Source of the DNA: Candidatus Spongiisociaceae bacterium
GTDB lineage: Bacteria > Actinomycetota > Acidimicrobiia > Spongiisociales > Spongiisociaceae
Assembly (NCBI GenBank): GCA_965202665.1
Contig: OZ241841.1
Span: 2,464,001 to 2,528,000, forward strand
Length of the DNA: 64,000 bases
Direction of reading: 5' to 3'
In this document: positions 61,789-64,000 of the stretch, piece after piece
Numbering within the stretch: position 1 is the first letter of the stretch
How the letters are laid out: the number at the start of each line of letters is the position of its first letter
Made by a program: the position numbers and the translations under genes
The notes under the pieces: generated by a model
Database searches by the model: none
The model's input: the letters and a program-made list of their open reading frames with translations, nothing else
Told to the model about the DNA's origin: nothing

Positions 61789-62721
61789 ATGGCGGCCGAA
61801 CAGCCTTCTCCCAACGCCCGGGCCCATCCTTACCGCGGGTTGTCGGTGCAGCATGTGGACCGCTCCCCGGAACCCGATTTCGTCATGGAATACCTGCTGG
61901 GCCGGGAGGTGTACCGCCGCACCGACTACGTGGGCTTGGTATACGGGGAACATGGCGAACATGGGGAACGCGGGCCGGAGGCGGCCCTGGCGGCGGTTAC
62001 CCGGGCCGAGGCGGGCCCCGACGACCTGTTCGCCCCGGTAACCGAAGTGGCGGTGTGGTCGGGCCCGGACCGCACCATGCTGGTGGAAGAGGAGACGGCG
62101 GACGTGGGCAACGCCACCGCTTTGGCGGAGGCCGCCCTGGCCCGGGCCCGCCCCGGCGTGTCCGGGTTTTTGGTGAAAGGCAAATTCGAGCATATTAATT
62201 TTATCTGGGAGCCGTCCCCGTTGCGCATTCACGTGACCGAAGTGACCCCTCCCGACCCGCCCAAGCTGCTGGAGCAGGCCCGGCAGGCGGTGGCCTACGA
62301 CGAGGACCTGCCCCCGATAGAGTTGGTTTTGGAGGAGGTAACCTTCTCCGAGCTGGCCGCTCCGTCCCCTTCTCGCTCTTACTTGGTGCCGTGCCGGGGG
62401 GCCGGTTTGGAGTTGCCCGGCGAGTTGTCCTACCTGGACACCCGCCCCGCCCGCCGCGGGGATTGGGTGATGATCGGGTGCGAACGTTCCATGCAACTGC
62501 ATCGCCATTTCTACGGGGACGATCCCCCCCAGGTGGACATCTGCCCCCGCCGCCGGGTGGACGAAGCCGAACCGGAGGGGCGGTGGCTGGTCAAATGCTG
62601 CATGTTGGAGCGGGGAACCGAGTTCGAGCCGGGCCGGGCGGTGGTGCCCTGGGGGGCGAATTTGGACGAGGTGCGCCGCGCCCTGCGCTGGCTGGCCGGG
62701 GTTCCCGCCCTGAGCGGATGA
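61789..62721 (+). CDS. Cys-rich conserved protein, probable XecB/XcbA-like CoM biosynthesis protein
   Basis: Position between EaCoMT and lyase gene; 'YLVPC','IGCERS..LH.HFYG','DICP','KCC' motifs; function assigned by synteny only. Confidence 0.5.
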   Translation: MAAEQPSPNARAHPYRGLSVQHVDRSPEPDFVMEYLLGREVYRRTDYVGLVYGEHGEHGERGPEAALAAVTRAEAGPDDLFAPVTEVAVWSGPDRTMLVEEETADVGNATALAEAALARARPGVSGFLVKGKFEHINFIWEPSPLRIHVTEVTPPDPPKLLEQARQAVAYDEDLPPIELVLEEVTFSELAAPSPSRSYLVPCRGAGLELPGELSYLDTRPARRGDWVMIGCERSMQLHRHFYGDDPPQVDICPRRRVDEAEPEGRWLVKCCMLERGTEFEPGRAVVPWGANLDEVRRALRWLAGVPALSG

Positions 62722-64000
62722 GCATTTTCCTGGGGGATTCCACCGTCTACGGCCATCTGTGGGCCACCGACGAAGCGAGGGGGATTTTGGAGGAGGAGGC
62801 CCGGTTCGCCTCCTGGTTGGAAATTTTGGCTTGCCTGGCCGAGGCGCAGGCGGAACTGGGCCTGGTTCCGGCCGGGGCCGCCCGTTCCATCCGGGAGGCG
62901 GCGGGCGGGCTGGAACTGGATTTGGAAAAGGTGGCGGAGCAAACCCGGGCCACCAGCCATTCCACCTTGGGACTGATCGGGGAGTTGCGCCGCCGGCTGC
63001 CCGAACCGGCCCGGGAGTGGGTGTATTACGGGGCCACCGTCCAGGATCTGAGCGACACGTGGACCGCGCTGGTGATGCGGCGGGTGGGCGACTTGCTGGA
63101 CCGGGATTTGCTCCGCATCCGGCGGGCGGCGGCGCGGCTGGCCCGGGAGCATAGCGAAACCCCGATGCTGGGGCGCACCCACGCCCAGCCCGGCTTGCCG
63201 ATACCGTTCGGGTTCAAAGCGGCGGTGTGGGCGGACGAGTTGGACCGCCACCGGGAGCGTTTGGAGCAGGGGCGGAGCCGGTGGGAGGTGGCGCAGTTGG
63301 GCGGGGCGCTGGGCACCATGGAGTTTTGGGGGGAGGAGGCCGTCCCCCTTTTGGAGGCTTTCGCTCGCCGTTTGGGGCTGGGGGTTCCCAACATCGCCTG
63401 GTTCACCAGCCGGGACCGCCCGGCCGAGTTCGTAGCCCTGTTAGCCGCCTGCGCCGCCACCATCGCCAAAATCGGCAACGAGATCATGGAGTTGCAACGG
63501 TTGGAGATCGGGGAGGTGCGGGAGCCGTTCATTCCGGGGACGGTGGGCAGCATCACCATGCCCCAGAAACGCAACCCGGAGTTTTCGGAACATTTGGACA
63601 CGCTGGCCCGGCTGGTGCGGTCGGCGGCGGCGGTGATGGCCGAAGGGATGACGCAGTTGCACGAGCGGGACGGCCGGGGTTGGAAGGCGGAGTGGGCGGC
63701 GCTGCCGCAGGCGTGCGCCATGACTTTGAAGGCGACCAGCCTGGCCGCCCCGTTGCTGGAAGGGTTGGAGGTGGACGGGGAGCGGATGCGGGCCAACATG
63801 GAGGCGCAACGGGGATACGTGTTCGCCGAGCCGGTGATGCGGGCTTTGGCCGATCGGGTGGGCAAGCACACCGCCCACGAGATCGTCTACCGGGCGGCCA
63901 TGAACGGGGTGGAGTCGGGAATGTCCTTCGCCGACGCATTGTTGGCCGACGAACGGGTTTCCGCCCATTTGGACCGCCCGGGGGTCATCGCCCTGTTCGA
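62718..64000 (+). CDS. Adenylosuccinate lyase-superfamily protein (XcbD-like), 3' truncated by window edge; absent from ORF track
   Basis: Own translation from ATG 62718 (ATGA overlap): 'YGATVQDLSDT', 'GRTHAQP', 'GSITMPQKRNPE', 'HERD'. Confidence 0.85.
   Translation, partial: MSIFLGDSTVYGHLWATDEARGILEEEARFASWLEILACLAEAQAELGLVPAGAARSIREAAGGLELDLEKVAEQTRATSHSTLGLIGELRRRLPEPAREWVYYGATVQDLSDTWTALVMRRVGDLLDRDLLRIRRAAARLAREHSETPMLGRTHAQPGLPIPFGFKAAVWADELDRHRERLEQGRSRWEVAQLGGALGTMEFWGEEAVPLLEAFARRLGLGVPNIAWFTSRDRPAEFVALLAACAATIAKIGNEIMELQRLEIGEVREPFIPGTVGSITMPQKRNPEFSEHLDTLARLVRSAAAVMAEGMTQLHERDGRGWKAEWAALPQACAMTLKATSLAAPLLEGLEVDGERMRANMEAQRGYVFAEPVMRALADRVGKHTAHEIVYRAAMNGVESGMSFADALLADERVSAHLDRPGVIALF

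Overview
High-GC actinobacterial chromosome segment. Acidimicrobiia, possibly a marine/sponge-associated lineage, is inferred from the Calx-beta-like/SLH surface proteins and the gene content. The left ~18 kb is accessory: a large surface protein, a Dam-type restriction-modification pair, three membrane-anchored J-domain proteins, tRNA-Trp and tandem GIY-YIG-RAMA nuclease genes. It also holds a 3.7-kb tandem array of vapB/vapC-like units with five intact antitoxin-like genes built from mixed N- and C-terminal modules; only one PIN toxin copy is intact. The middle is housekeeping: ilvBNC-leuA-leuB-pntAB (with a classic ilvB attenuator), ilvD, hsp20, ROK kinase, fabDHG-acpP-fabF, dinB, MerR and HNH genes. 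A frameshifted IS110 sits between two ~230-250 bp non-coding direct repeats and keeps a structured, bridge-RNA-like left end. The right ~12 kb is a coenzyme M-dependent epoxide metabolism and CoM biosynthesis cluster (ComA, 2-KPCC, R/S-HPC dehydrogenases, EaCoMT, CoA transferase, acyl-CoA synthetase, XcbA/XcbD-like) with no alkene monooxygenase in the window. All calls come from motif recognition by eye; no database searches were run.
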